Shown: one piece after another, positions 25,584 to 36,610 of the stretch
How positions within the stretch are numbered: the first letter of the stretch is position 1
Layout: the number at the start of each line of letters is the position of its first letter
Assembly: GCA_950097015.1 (NCBI GenBank)
Contig: CATNEN010000038.1
Span: forward strand, 18,352,001 to 18,416,000
Origin: Macrostomum hystrix
Taxonomy: Eukaryota; Animalia; Platyhelminthes
Direction: 5' to 3'
DNA length: 64,000 bases
The notes under the pieces: model-generated
Database searches by the model: none
The model's input: only the letters and a program-made list of their open reading frames with translations
What the model was told of the DNA's origin: nothing
Program-made: the position numbers and the translations under genes

Positions 25584-26492
25584 TTACAGAAAATTAATTA
25601 TAAACGAGTACACACAGCGCCTGGCACAGTCCTCCACATCGAGGTCGCACTGGCAGTCGCTTGGCAGTGTGTACAACTGACTAAATCGCTCTACAAACGA
25701 GATCATTGACTCCTTGGTCAGCGGAGGCGGGATCATGATGTCAGCAGGCAAGTTGTCGCAGTTGCGGTTCTCCAGCACACAGGGCTTGTACAATGGCTCG
25801 TACTTTGCTACCGCCTTGTCAATCATAGCCTGTGCGAATGTTTTAATTTATATAGGGCATCAGTTATTCTTCCGTGCCGTGCTTCACAGCATCACGAAAC
25901 AAAAAAAATCACAAAGCAACAGTTCAGTTCTCTTTGTGTACTCATGATCAAACATTATATAAATAGCTCACAACTATTTTTGTCTTATTTGTCTCGTAAG
26001 ACAGGACCACGTCAGCAACAGCGCTGGTCGTGATGAGGCTGGAGTACAGGCAGGACCGTAGGCAGGTGTCATTGTTATTGAAGTCACAATTGCACCTGTT
26101 CTTCTCCAGCGCCTTTAAGACTCGAACTGTTGGCAGGTAGAATTCGTAGTTCATTCGACCGTTTTCCGGACAGTCCATGTCGTGGAAAATGCAGGAGCGC
26201 GTCGCGTTGATATCGATACCCTGCAAAAGTGCCGAACAAGTTTTCTAGCTGGTGTTTTATATGCATGTTTGCTGTGAGGTATATTGGGAAGGGGAAAAGG
26301 ATTGGGATTTCGCCTACTTCTACCAATACAGCAAGGCTTTTGATTCGTAATTCAGAAGTCCATAAAGCAGGAACGCAAACACGGGTTTGCGAATGCCTAT
26401 TGTATTCAGTTGCTAAATCATTGCATGGAGGTACTCACCAGAACTATAGCTGGCAACAGCAGCAGTAGAGGCAGGGTTACAAAACGAAGCAT
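25584..26492 (-). CDS. Secreted Cys-rich protein of unknown family, 182 aa; exons 26492-26439, 26220-25972, 25829-25584
   Basis: Signal peptide MLRFVTLPLLLLLPAIVL; two phase-0 GT-AG introns; upstream TATA-like TATATAA (~26570-26578); downstream AATAAA (~25463-25468). Confidence 0.85.
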
Positions 26493-27219
26493 GGCAGAGG
26501 CTTTGAGGCAGAATGTAGCGGAATCTCTGAGCTTAATTGACTCTCAGCTCAAGACGAAGTGGTTGTTTAATTATATATACCCCGTGGAAGCAGGTGCACC
26601 GCATAATGTTGTACAATCAGCAACCACGTGCTCACTCTACAGCCAGGGGCGTGATAAAAAACACGACGTGCTCAGATCAGTGCTCAGAATAAAGGATTAA
26701 CAGTGCTTGTGATCAAGGTGTTTTCAAAATGAATCATGACTAAGCAATTTAGAGCTTCTAGTGTGCTGTAAGCCAAAAAGCTAGGAAATGAAATAGATTT
26801 TCGTAATAAATTGTATAATAACTTAATTGCTTAATTAAGTGGTAGTTGTCTAATGTACGCTTGTACATGTTTGCCTTTCGCACGGAGGTTCCTGAGCTCG
26901 ATTTCGCGGCGAGTCCACATTCATTTGGGGCGCAGCAGCGGGGGGAAGGCTTGATATACTCCCGGGGCTTGATATACAGTCTACGGCCTAGAGGCCAATA
27001 CAGAAGATATAGAGGGAGGTACGCTGCCTGACAATGAGAAACAGAGCTAATAACTGTTTGTGAGTGAAATTATCGTATTGCAGCTTGGCCATGATTTCAG
27101 AGCAGATTAATCCAATCGCTTTTTAGCAATCACTAGCAAGTTTTGCCTTCCTTTGAGGAGCACCAACAACAACGTATGCAGTCGAGATGGAAAGAAAAGG
27201 CAGTGACGCAGGTATAGGC

Positions 27220-27690
27220 TTCAGAGCCGGGGTGTGAACAAAGGCCGCACCGCCGACAGAGTCCGGGGCGCCAGCGGCAGCCAGCAGGCAGTCGACGAAA
27301 CGCCGAGTTCAGGCAGCGTGAGCAGCAGCACCACCTGCACCAGCTGTGGGCAGTAGGACTCGGCGCGGATAATGTGACGTGCTAGCTGAAGTCGCCGACG
27401 GCGCAGCAGTTCACTTGGACGGGTCAGGCCGGCTCGGCGATAGAATTCTGCGTTAGTGACTCGCTCGTCGCTGATCTTGTCGTCGATCTCGCTCGGCGCA
27501 GCAGGCCCGCGTGCGCCGCGTTTACTTGCTGTTCGAGCGAGTCCGTCAGCTTCCAGGTCTAGGCGTTGTACAGCAGCAGCCACAGCCTGGAACATCACTG
27601 CCCAGTGGCGATCTGGTAGGACGATATCGAGGCCTTAATAGAATTCTACCGAAGTGCTGACGGGCAGGTAACTGAGCTTCCATTAACAGC
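27220..27690 (-). mobile_element. Degenerate non-LTR retrotransposon (RTE-like) 3' RT fragment
   Basis: VTNAEFYRRAGLTRPSELLRRRRLQLARHIIR is typical of the post-RT region of RTE-clade elements; frameshifted. Confidence 0.65.
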
Positions 27691-28470
27691 TTCCGTTCAC
27701 AGCTCGTTATTAGCTTCAACAGCTCGTCTATGTCTGTGGTCTGGTACCTGATGCCCGTGAAGATCTGCAGAGACGCCGCGCGGACTCACCTGGGCTGCCT
27801 TTCGTTCAGTGAGGGCGGTGCTGCAATCTGAGGCCCAAACTAGAGGGCGGCGATGATGTTCCAGGTGGTGGTCGAGACCGTCGTTTCGCATTATCCGAAT
27901 TCCTCTCAAATTCTTTAGAAATAGAGGGTTCTGTCCGTATGAATGGGAATGGGAATGGGAACTTTTCAGTTTGTAGATCGGTTTGTAATATTGATAACTA
28001 CGAGTATTGGCAATAAGGTTTTGTTAATTTTGAATTACACAGACACAGCTTTTTAGTGCTTCTGAATAAATTAAAGCTAGAAAACTTATTTTTGTGCAGA
28101 TCTTTTCTATATATTTGCATCAGTAGTAGTTGTGTGATTATTCATCAGTGGTACGACTAAGACACAATAATAACCAATCGCTCTTTTTCATTTTCTATAT
28201 CTAAGAATAGTTTCACTTCTAATCATTTCATATCCAAGGGCCTCAGTTGTAATTAGTTTCGATCGGATTGATTCCCTAGCTACAAATCTTGCACTTTCTG
28301 CGTAAGATTTAAAAATGGAGTTGTCGTTGATAAATGGGACCTTGTAGTGCCTTTGACTTACTTGACTTAGCGGCAGGGAGCCTCCATGACGGACGCAGCG
28401 AGGAGGCGGCTGATACCGCCCATATCGCTAACCCCTGGCAGCCAGACAGCCTCCAGCGAGGCGGTGCCGC

Positions 28471-31400
28471 TCAGGGTGGTCCGTCGGTCGATTCCGCCGC
28501 GCGATCTTCCTCGCCATAGGCTGGGAAGAAATCAGCTCGACCGGTATCCCGGAGGAAGTGGGCGAGCTGTGGGATGTTCTCGGGCGAGCAGGCTTCGGCG
28601 AGAGTCGGTGCCGGCCCGAGATGTTTTAGCCTAGCCCGGGTGAAGGCCGGGCAGTGGCAGATGAAATGCTCTGCATTTTCGCGTCCGGAGCAGCAGAAGG
28701 GACACGTTTCCTCAGGCACGTGGCCTTGAAGGTAGCGGTGTCTGGTGAAGCAGCCATGTCCCGAAAGAGCCATAGTGACTGCTCTTAGGTCTCTGCGGTT
28801 AAGCCTGAGTAAGGCCTTACGCAGGTTACTAGAGGGGGTTGGCACCGCAGCCCTGGACTGGCGACAGTTCAGGGTGCTGGACCACCTCCTCCGGTGCTGG
28901 GTCTCCATCCAGCGGTTGATGCTGGAGTTGACAACAGAGATGGGGATCGGGGACTCCGGGCCCGGGCCCATCAGGGAGCTGGCTGCTCCAGCCTTAGCAA
29001 GCTGGTCCGCCATCTCATTCCCTGTGAACCCGGCATGCCCAGGGATCCACAGCAGCTCCACCTTGTTAGACTGCGCCAACCCGTTTAACTGGGTGTTGCA
29101 GTCCAAGGTGGTTCTGGAGCGAGAGGTGCAGCGGCTGAGGGCCTTGAGGGCTGCTTGACTGTCGGAGTGAAAAAAAGATCCTCCGACCAGCCAGCTGCCT
29201 CTGGCGCAGCTCAGCCGCACAGAAACTGATGGCGAGCACTTCGTTTTGGAAAACGCTAGAGCTCTTGCCACAGTATTGGGAGTGGGTCCAGAGGACCTCA
29301 CCACCCGAGGCGACGCACACTCCGAATCCCGATTTACCGTTCATCAGAGAGCCGTCAGTGTAACAGTGGACTGCCGGGTCATCCCAGCAGTCCTTTACCT
29401 CATTACGAGGGGAGATGCTGACTTTGTACCTGTGGCTCTGGAGTAAAGTGGCCGGGGCCCCGTCCGAAAGGATGGTGAGCCCTCCGCACTCGCCCAGAGT
29501 TTTCAGGCAGAGGTCAGAGTGAGGCAGAAGGGAGCGCTTCGAGAAGGCTCGCGAATTCTGGAAGGAGACACCCGCATCAAGAAGACGACGGGTGGACTTT
29601 GCTGCTTCCCCCTTGACGAAAATGTCAATGGGTGTAGCGTTGAGGAAAGCATTCATGCCTTCGAAGGGAGTGGAGGGTGGGGCGCCCAGCGTCATACGAC
29701 AGGCTCTGCCCTGCACCCTATAAAGCGCCCCCAGGTTTTTCTGGATGCCCATGGCACCGGCCCAGATGAGGCCAGCATACGCAACGGACGGTCTGATGAT
29801 CGCCGTGTAAATCCACCAAAGGTTCTTGGGGGTTAGCCCCCAAGTGGTGCCCACGGCACGCCTGACTTGCGCCAGTATGGCCAGGGCCCTCTTGGCCTTT
29901 GTGGTGATGTGCGGGGTCCAGTTAAGCCTATGGTCTAGCAGGAGACCAAGGCACCGGACCTGCTTTTCCATGGCAATATTCTTGCCATAGAGAGTCAGAG
30001 GCTTAGTGGTCCAGAGCAGTCTGCTGGTAAACATAACCGCAACGGTCTTGGACTCAGAGAGTCGGAGCCCGCATTGGTCCGCCCAGCGCACCGCCCTGTT
30101 GATAAAGCCCTGGATGAGGTCTCTGGTGGTTTCCGCCGAGGGGCCCGCGCAGATGGAGGTCACATCGTCGGCATATCCCACCCTCAGGACTGGGTCAGGA
30201 CGAGTGCTTTTCAGCAGCTCATCCATGACGAGATTCCACAGCAGTGGGGTGAGGACGCCGCCTTGGGGCCCTCCTTTTAGGACAGGTGCCGAGAGCAGCC
30301 TTCCTTCGAGGTGGGCCACCACGTGGCGATGCCGGATCATGTACATGACCCAGCGAACGAGGTGGGGGTGAGTGGCCCTGGAAACCAGGGCCTCCTCAAA
30401 AGCTTCGAAAACAACGTTATCGAAGGCCCCCTCAATGTCTAGGAAGACAGCCAGGGCAAAGCCGCTGCCCAGCACTGCCTTCTCGAGAGTCTCCACGATG
30501 CAGTGGAGGGCGCTCTCCGTGGACCGGCCCGCCCGAAAGGCGTGCTGGTTTGGGGAGAGCGGGGCCCGCCCTAGCTCTACAGTAAGAAGGCGCCAAAGCA
30601 CCAGTCTTTCCATGAGTTTGAGGCAGGTGGAAGTCAAGCTTATCGGGCGATAGGACTTGACCGAGCGATAGTCGCCTTTGGCGGGCTTCGGGATGAAGAC
30701 GACCCGGGCTTCGTGCCACGGCGCTGGCACATAGCCCAGCACGATGCAGGCCCGTAGAAGTCTGCAGAGGAGATGGAGGAAGCGGCCATTTTTGACCGCT
30801 TCATGCAAAAAGGCCGGATAAATACCATCTGGCCCAGGTGCTTTGAAAGGGTTGAATGACTTTGCCGCGCGAACGATGCGGTCATTCGTGACGAGTGACT
30901 GAGCCAGGCCCTGACCTCCACGTGAGTGGTCGTCTGGGCCAAAGTGCGCCGGTACACTCGGGAAGAAATGCCCTAGCATAAGCTCGAGCGTTTCCTCCGG
31001 GCGCTCCGTGATCGAGCCGTCAGGCTTTTTGATCGTTGAGAGCTTGGAGAAGCGGTCGTTGGTGAGCGCCTTTACCACGCGGGCCGTGGGCCGCGAGCCC
31101 TCAAGCCCTTCGCAGTATTGTCGCCACTTGTCCGCTTTTGCCCTTCTGACCCGGCCCTTAAATTCATGGATGGCGCGAGTATAGGCCTCTTTGTCATCAG
31201 GGTCGTGCGAGATTTTCAGCCTCCTCTGGAGAGCCTTTGCTCGGCGTCTCAGGGCTCCGAGCTCGGGGTTCCACCAGGGGGCCGATTTTTTGCCTTTGTA
31301 GGCTTTGAGCGGGCAAGCCATTTCGTAGGCCTCTGTGATGGCGCCGCCCAGCAGGGCAGCCACTCCATCTAGGTCCTGCGTGGTTGCCATGGCCATGGAG

Positions 31401-32172
31401 GGGTCGGAATCCCGAAGGCCCTCATGCAGCTTTTGGCTGAACACGGGCCAGTCGGTGTTTCTGACATTACGCCTCCAAATAGGCTTTTGCTTCTTATCGG
31501 GGGTACCGATGTTGAAGCGAATGAAGCGGTGGTCCGAGAGCGAGCTTTCGGTCTCCCACACCTCCCACCCCAGCACCCTTGGGAGGATGCCGGGTGAGGC
31601 CAGGGTGACGTCAAGCACCTCAGCCCACCGCCCATTGTCGAACGTGGGCGTGTTGCCCACATTGCAGAAGTTAAGAGGCGTGCCGCTAACGAAGGCCAGG
31701 AGCTCTTCGCCGCGGTCATTGATTTTTGAGCTACCCCAGTGGGTGTGATGCGAGTTTGCATCTCCCGCGAGGAGCAGCTCAAAATTTCGTGCCCTGGCGA
31801 AATCACAGAGGGCGACGAGGGTATCGCTGACCACGGGGGCATCGCCTGCCAGGTAGGCGGATGCCACGAGGGTCAACTTGTTGGGCACAATGTGTGTAGA
31901 TTGGATGACGCAGATGTCCCCGTTAGAGAGATCGGGTCTCATCCACGCATGTAAGGCTTTTGCAGCATAGATCAGTGATCTAGGGCGGACAGAGTCTGCC
32001 ATGCAGAAGCAGTCATAGCCAGCAGGAATGTTACTTGGCTTGTTTTTTGATAACCAGGGCTCCTGCACAAGTACAAGGCCCGGCATCGTGCGCTCTGTCG
32101 TGCGCATCAAATTGACTGATGCTGCCACGCAGGGGTGTTAACTTGCAGACATGATATTCCGGGGATCATCAT
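28471..32172 (-). CDS. LINE ORF2 (APE endonuclease, reverse transcriptase, RNase H, C-terminal CCHC), with two frameshifts (~32133 and A7 run 29170-29176)
   Basis: VLVQEPW, GDANSHH, SDHRFI (APE); [41 protein letters not shown] (RT); [28 protein letters not shown] (RNase H); CPFC...HFICHC. Confidence 0.92.
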
Positions 32173-32184
32173 GCAGGCAGAGGT

Positions 32185-33732
32185 CTACTTGGAGGGGGAC
32201 TCAGCCAGAAGGCGGTCCTCCTCCTCCGGGTCGATGTCGGTAGCCATGGGCTCCTCCGTGCCCCGGCCCCGAGCCAGAGGCAGGAACTCGACGGGGTCAG
32301 CCGCCCAGTCCCCACCCACGGCCCCGAGCCCAGGCCCAGAGTCACCCTCAACCGGTGCCGACACCGCACCCTGGGCCGTGGGAGGGGCGCTCGAAGGGCC
32401 CTGCTCGATGGAGCTGGGCACCTTAGAGGCCTCCCCCGTAGCCCTTGGTTGCGGCGCCTGCCCCGGTGGGCCACCGCGCATCTCAGCGCGCAGCTGGGCC
32501 ATCCTGGCGGTTCGCACCACCTCGGAGGCCCGCTGGAGAAGGCCCCGGCGCTTTGTGATGCGCGCGGGGCGACGCTCAGAGCTGCCAGCGATGGCACGCT
32601 CTGGCCTTTTTTGGCGAGACGACTGGGCCCTGCCCCCAGTCCCAACCTCGGGGTCCGAGGACCCTTCAGTGGCCGGTACGGTGGTGGGCCCGGTCTGACC
32701 TCGAGTTTTATCTGCCTCGAAGGCGAAGATTTTGGTCTTCCACAGACCGATGCAGATGTTGGCGCCATCTGGGTAACGGCGTGTCCATTGCTCGGACAGG
32801 CCCAGAATGGCGGTGAACCCGGTGCCATCGGGGCGCAGGATCGTGCGGTGCACGATCAGGCCCGCTGTCGGCAGCTCCCGGTTCATCGCGATGAGGCCCA
32901 TGCGGAGGTCCTCAGCGCTGGTGACGACACTTTTCGCCGGGACGAAAATGCGGTGTCGCTTGGTCTTTGGTGGCTCGTTCTCCCGGAGGAAGTCGAGGCC
33001 AGCCGCCCAGCTCTGCGTGGGCAGCAACTCAAGGAGCCGCCGCCCTGATTCCGCGTCGCCGGGCCAGACGACGAAGCACGATTCCCTGGTAGCGCTTGCG
33101 CCGACCGCCAGGGGCTCGCCCTTCAGTTGGAGTTGCCACAGCATAGCATCTATGTTGCGGCAAATGTTGCTGAGCTGTTCGCTGCTCAGCCTTTTTCCGT
33201 CTCTGCCGGTGATGACAACGGCAGGTTGCCTACGTGCGATGGCGGCGTAGGTGGCATGTGGTCCCGGGCCCTGTCCGGTGGCGACCCCACCCTCGGGATC
33301 AGCGTCGGCGGTGGGCACAGGGCCCTCTGCCTCCGCTTCTCCTTCAGGCCGAGCCGCCGTCCGGATGGGCGCCGGGACCTCCTTGGCCCGCGACCCTGGC
33401 CTCGGGGCGTCGTGGGCTCCGCCCCGTGCAGGAGCCTGGGCAGGAGGCGCAAGGCCCCCCGCCCCAGCCCCCGCCCTAGGCAGAGCCCCTTCGGCCCCTC
33501 TGGCCTGGGCCCGGTCCTCGGTCGATGGAGCCGGCTTGCCGTGGGCCATTAAGCGCCTACGACGCTTTGCCGCTCCCGAGGTTGTGGAGCGCTTAGCGCC
33601 CCGGTCATCGCGCGAGTTGGGCAGCGCGGCATTTGTGGCGGTCGCGGGGCCAGCTAGCCCGGGCGCCGCAGCGTGTATGGCCTCGGGCACCATGGTGTCC
33701 TCGGCCGGAGCAGTTGGTAGGCTGGAAGCCAT
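32185..33732 (-). CDS. LINE ORF1 (gag-like, Ala/Pro/Gly-rich with central folded domain)
   Basis: Intact ~515-aa ORF ending ~12 nt before the ORF2 ATG. Confidence 0.8.
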   Translation of the reverse strand: MASSLPTAPAEDTMVPEAIHAAAPGLAGPATATNAALPNSRDDRGAKRSTTSGAAKRRRRLMAHGKPAPSTEDRAQARGAEGALPRAGAGAGGLAPPAQAPARGGAHDAPRPGSRAKEVPAPIRTAARPEGEAEAEGPVPTADADPEGGVATGQGPGPHATYAAIARRQPAVVITGRDGKRLSSEQLSNICRNIDAMLWQLQLKGEPLAVGASATRESCFVVWPGDAESGRRLLELLPTQSWAAGLDFLRENEPPKTKRHRIFVPAKSVVTSAEDLRMGLIAMNRELPTAGLIVHRTILRPDGTGFTAILGLSEQWTRRYPDGANICIGLWKTKIFAFEADKTRGQTGPTTVPATEGSSDPEVGTGGRAQSSRQKRPERAIAGSSERRPARITKRRGLLQRASEVVRTARMAQLRAEMRGGPPGQAPQPRATGEASKVPSSIEQGPSSAPPTAQGAVSAPVEGDSGPGLGAVGGDWAADPVEFLPLARGRGTEEPMATDIDPEEEDRLLAESPSK

Positions 33733-34399
33733 TTGAAGCTGCAATGAGGAGAGGGGCTTCCTGTAGACACAGGCAGGAATAACCCGCTCAGCCGCGATCC
33801 TAAAGCTGAGCGGGGGCAGCCAAAAAAGACAAGTTACAACCCGGGGTGGGATGCCAGGACCACCGGGAGGAAACGTAGGAGGCCAGACTACTCCCTGGTC
33901 AAGCGTCCATCAGCACGGTCAACACTGGGACATTAGAGGGCGCTATTTGGCCAGCGCCGAGGCCTGCGGACTGGCCGCATACCCTGTTAAGGTCAAAGGG
34001 TGACACCTTTCCCTCAGAGCCGTAGCCAGAGGTACCTGATTACGCACAGGTGCACGAACGCTGCGGACTGGCCGCATACCCTGTTTAGGTCAAAGGGTGA
34101 CACCTTTCCCTCCAGCCGGGGCTAGAGGTACCCAGTTAGGCCGGAGGCCCTGGATGGGTCGTCCAGCGCTGTTGCCCATTCTGTCCGGTTGCCCTAGGGT
34201 CAGCCTTAAACACTCGCGGGACGTGTACCCATGGGTCAGCTGACGGGACAACGTGGAGAGGATTCCTGCACCCGGAGGCACAGGTCTCCTTCTTGCCAAG
34301 CCTGCTCAAAAAACGACTGCAGACTATAAAATCAATTTTATAAGCAAGCAGCCAATGTCGTTGTGAACAGTCACGTATACTATATCGATCACTTTATCT

Positions 34400-36050
34400 G
34401 ATCTTTATCTGATCACTCGACTTACCAGCTGCGGCTCGATGCACTGCATGATGCAACCGCTCAGGTCGGCGGCTGTCAAGGCGTCCCACTGGGCGATGAA
34501 CAAGCGCTGCCGGTCGCAATGAAGGCCATTGATGCTCTTCTTCCAGTCTAGGTTATATTTGCACCAGAGCTTCACTGAGCCATCAACCGAGAAGACATGG
34601 AAATAATTGAACCAAGTTTGCGAAAATGCACAGCCGGGGCAGGGCTACGACTCCCTCGCCCGCCAACTCGGCAGGCATCACGCAGCCAGAGCGTGCTCCA
34701 GCGAAGCCGCTGGTGTCGCTGCACGCGGCCAGCAGACGCACCAGGCTCTTCAGTAAAGTATCGTGGCTAGAAACCGCAGTCAAAGTGGCTCCAGCTGCAG
34801 ACAAGCAACTCGAGATCGAGTCATGCGCTGCACTGCTCGCCAGTGCTTCCTCGAGCTATCGCAGGCGCCCCAGCTGTGTATGCGCATTGTTGCTATCGGC
34901 GCACAACATCCGAGACCTCTCGAAGTCGGCCTGCAACCGAGAAGCGATCACTGCATAGCCAAGGAAGCCAATGTCCGCACACTGCATAGCCAAGCAAGCC
35001 AATGTCCGCCCACTGCATAGCCAAGGAAACCAATGTCCGCCCACTGCATAGCCAAGGAAACCAATGTCCGCCCACTGCATAGCCAAGGAAACCAATGTCC
35101 GCCCACTGCATAGCCAAGGAAACCAATGTCCGCCCACTGCATAGCCAAGGAAGCCAATGTCCGCACACTGCATAGCCAAGGAAACCAATGTCCGCCCACT
35201 GCATAGCCAAGGAAACCAATGTCCGCCCACTGCATAGCCAAGCAAGCCAATGTCCGCCCACTGCATAGCCAAGCAAGCCAATGTCCGCACACTGCATAGC
35301 CAAGGAAACCAATGTCCGCCCACTGCATAGCCAAGCAAGCCAATGTCCGCCCACTGCATAGACTCCACTGCCATGGAAACCAATGTCCGCACACTACATA
35401 GCCAAGGAAACCAATGTCCGCCCACTGCATAGCCAAGGAAACCAATGTCCGCCCACTGCATAGCCAAGCAAGCCAATGTCCGCCCACTGCATAGCCAAGG
35501 AAACCAATGTCCGCCCACTGCATAGACTCCACTGCCATGGAAACCAATGTCCGCACACTACATAGCCAAGGAAACCAATGTCCGCCCACTGCATAGCCAA
35601 GCAAGCCAATGTCCGCCCACTGCATAGCCAAGGAAACCAATGTCCGCCCACTGCATAGCCAAGCAAGCCAATGTCCGCCCACTGCATAGACTCCACTGCC
35701 ATGGAAACCAATGTCCGCACACTACATAGCCAAGGAAACCAATGTCCGCACACTACATAGCCAAGGAAACCAATGTCCGCACACTGCATAGACTGCACTT
35801 AATAATTAGTTTTATTAAGCATCCTTGTGAAACGGAATTTCGAACCGACAGCTTCTCAACTTTCGTACTCTACTATTCACTATTAAGCAGCTCTCAGCCA
35901 GTGACGACTTAGTCTGTCTGTGTCTGCGCCTTTGCGTCTCTTTGACGCAGAAAACCAGCCTCGTAGACAAACTGATAAACTTGAGCAGTCGAGATAGATA
36001 AATCGACATTGAAGCATACCCAGTTTGGCTAGATGTACAGCCCTGCAGTG
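34400..36050 (-). pseudogene. Decayed paralog of the adjacent B-box/NHL gene, interrupted by a 31-bp array
   Basis: ADFERSRML..NAH..L.RL, LAACSDTSGF...LPRLCIFA and DWKKSINGLHCD..RLFIAQWDALTAADLSG match the 37630-39195 protein; in-frame stops and frameshifts. The 5' boundary is uncertain. Confidence 0.8.
34949..35793. repeat. 31-bp minisatellite (CACTGCATAGCCAAGGAAACCAATGTCCGCC)n with occasional ~42-bp variant units
   Basis: About 26 tandem units. Confidence 0.96.
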
Positions 36051-36054
36051 GCAC

Positions 36055-36195
36055 TACAGCTGCTATTGTGCTACTACGCTTCCAAAGGCTGTGTACAGCT
36101 GCTCAGTCCGTGGACGTGGGAGGCATAAATAATTTCTACTGGGCTGAGATTCGAACTCCCGACCTCTCGATTAGAAGTCCAAAACCAACTAACTG
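36055..36195 (-). mobile_element. Internally deleted copy of the tRNA-derived SINE
   Basis: Reverse-complement B-box region and CAGTCC.TGGAC tail motif. Confidence 0.6.
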
Positions 36196-36292
36196 TAAAG
36201 TAGTACGATTATGATATGACAACTTAATTAGCTGCCAATAATCTTCAATCATGAAATGTTTCAATTGGGGTATCTTATTTCAAAGTCCGCAC

Positions 36293-36610
36293 GGGAGGTT
36301 TGGTCTAGTGGTTAGAGCGCGGACTCACGACTCGAAGGTCGGTGGTTCGATTCCCGACTCTGCTGAAACAATTTGTGTCCTTTATCTTAAGACAATTAAC
36401 TCTGCATTGCAAAATTTTACCCAGTTGTGAGATGGGTACCAGCATTAGCTGGATTATTTGACGGTTGGCGTGGCGTCCCCCCCAGTCCATGGACTGAACA
36501 GCTGTACGCAGCCTTCAGATGCGCCGCGCAAGCGACGCATAGCTTCGGCTGTGCTGTCGGCTGCACGTCTGCCCCAATTGGGACAGGTGTAATAAATCAT
36601 TATTATTACT
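36293..36610 (+). mobile_element. tRNA-derived SINE, near full length
   Basis: A box TGGTCTAGTGG, B box GGTTCGATTCC, central TTGTGTCC...AAGACA...ATGGGTACC domain, tail CAGTCCATGGACTGAACAG...CAGGTGTAATAA followed by (TTA)n. Confidence 0.9.

Larger units (their letters stand above)
28353..34300 (-). mobile_element. Near full-length LOA-type (R1/Loa group) LINE
   Basis: GC-rich block with ~570-nt 5' UTR, ORF1, ORF2 (APE-RT-RNaseH-zinc knuckle) and a short TAAGTCAAG-type 3' tail; no TSD identified. Confidence 0.88.

Noticed and set aside
34150-34250. Canonical HDV-like ribozyme
   Set aside because: P1/P2/P3-like pieces exist, but linker order and lengths do not fit the nested double pseudoknot by hand
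36293-36370. tRNA gene
   Set aside because: A/B boxes continue into a SINE body and recur at several loci; no clean cloverleaf
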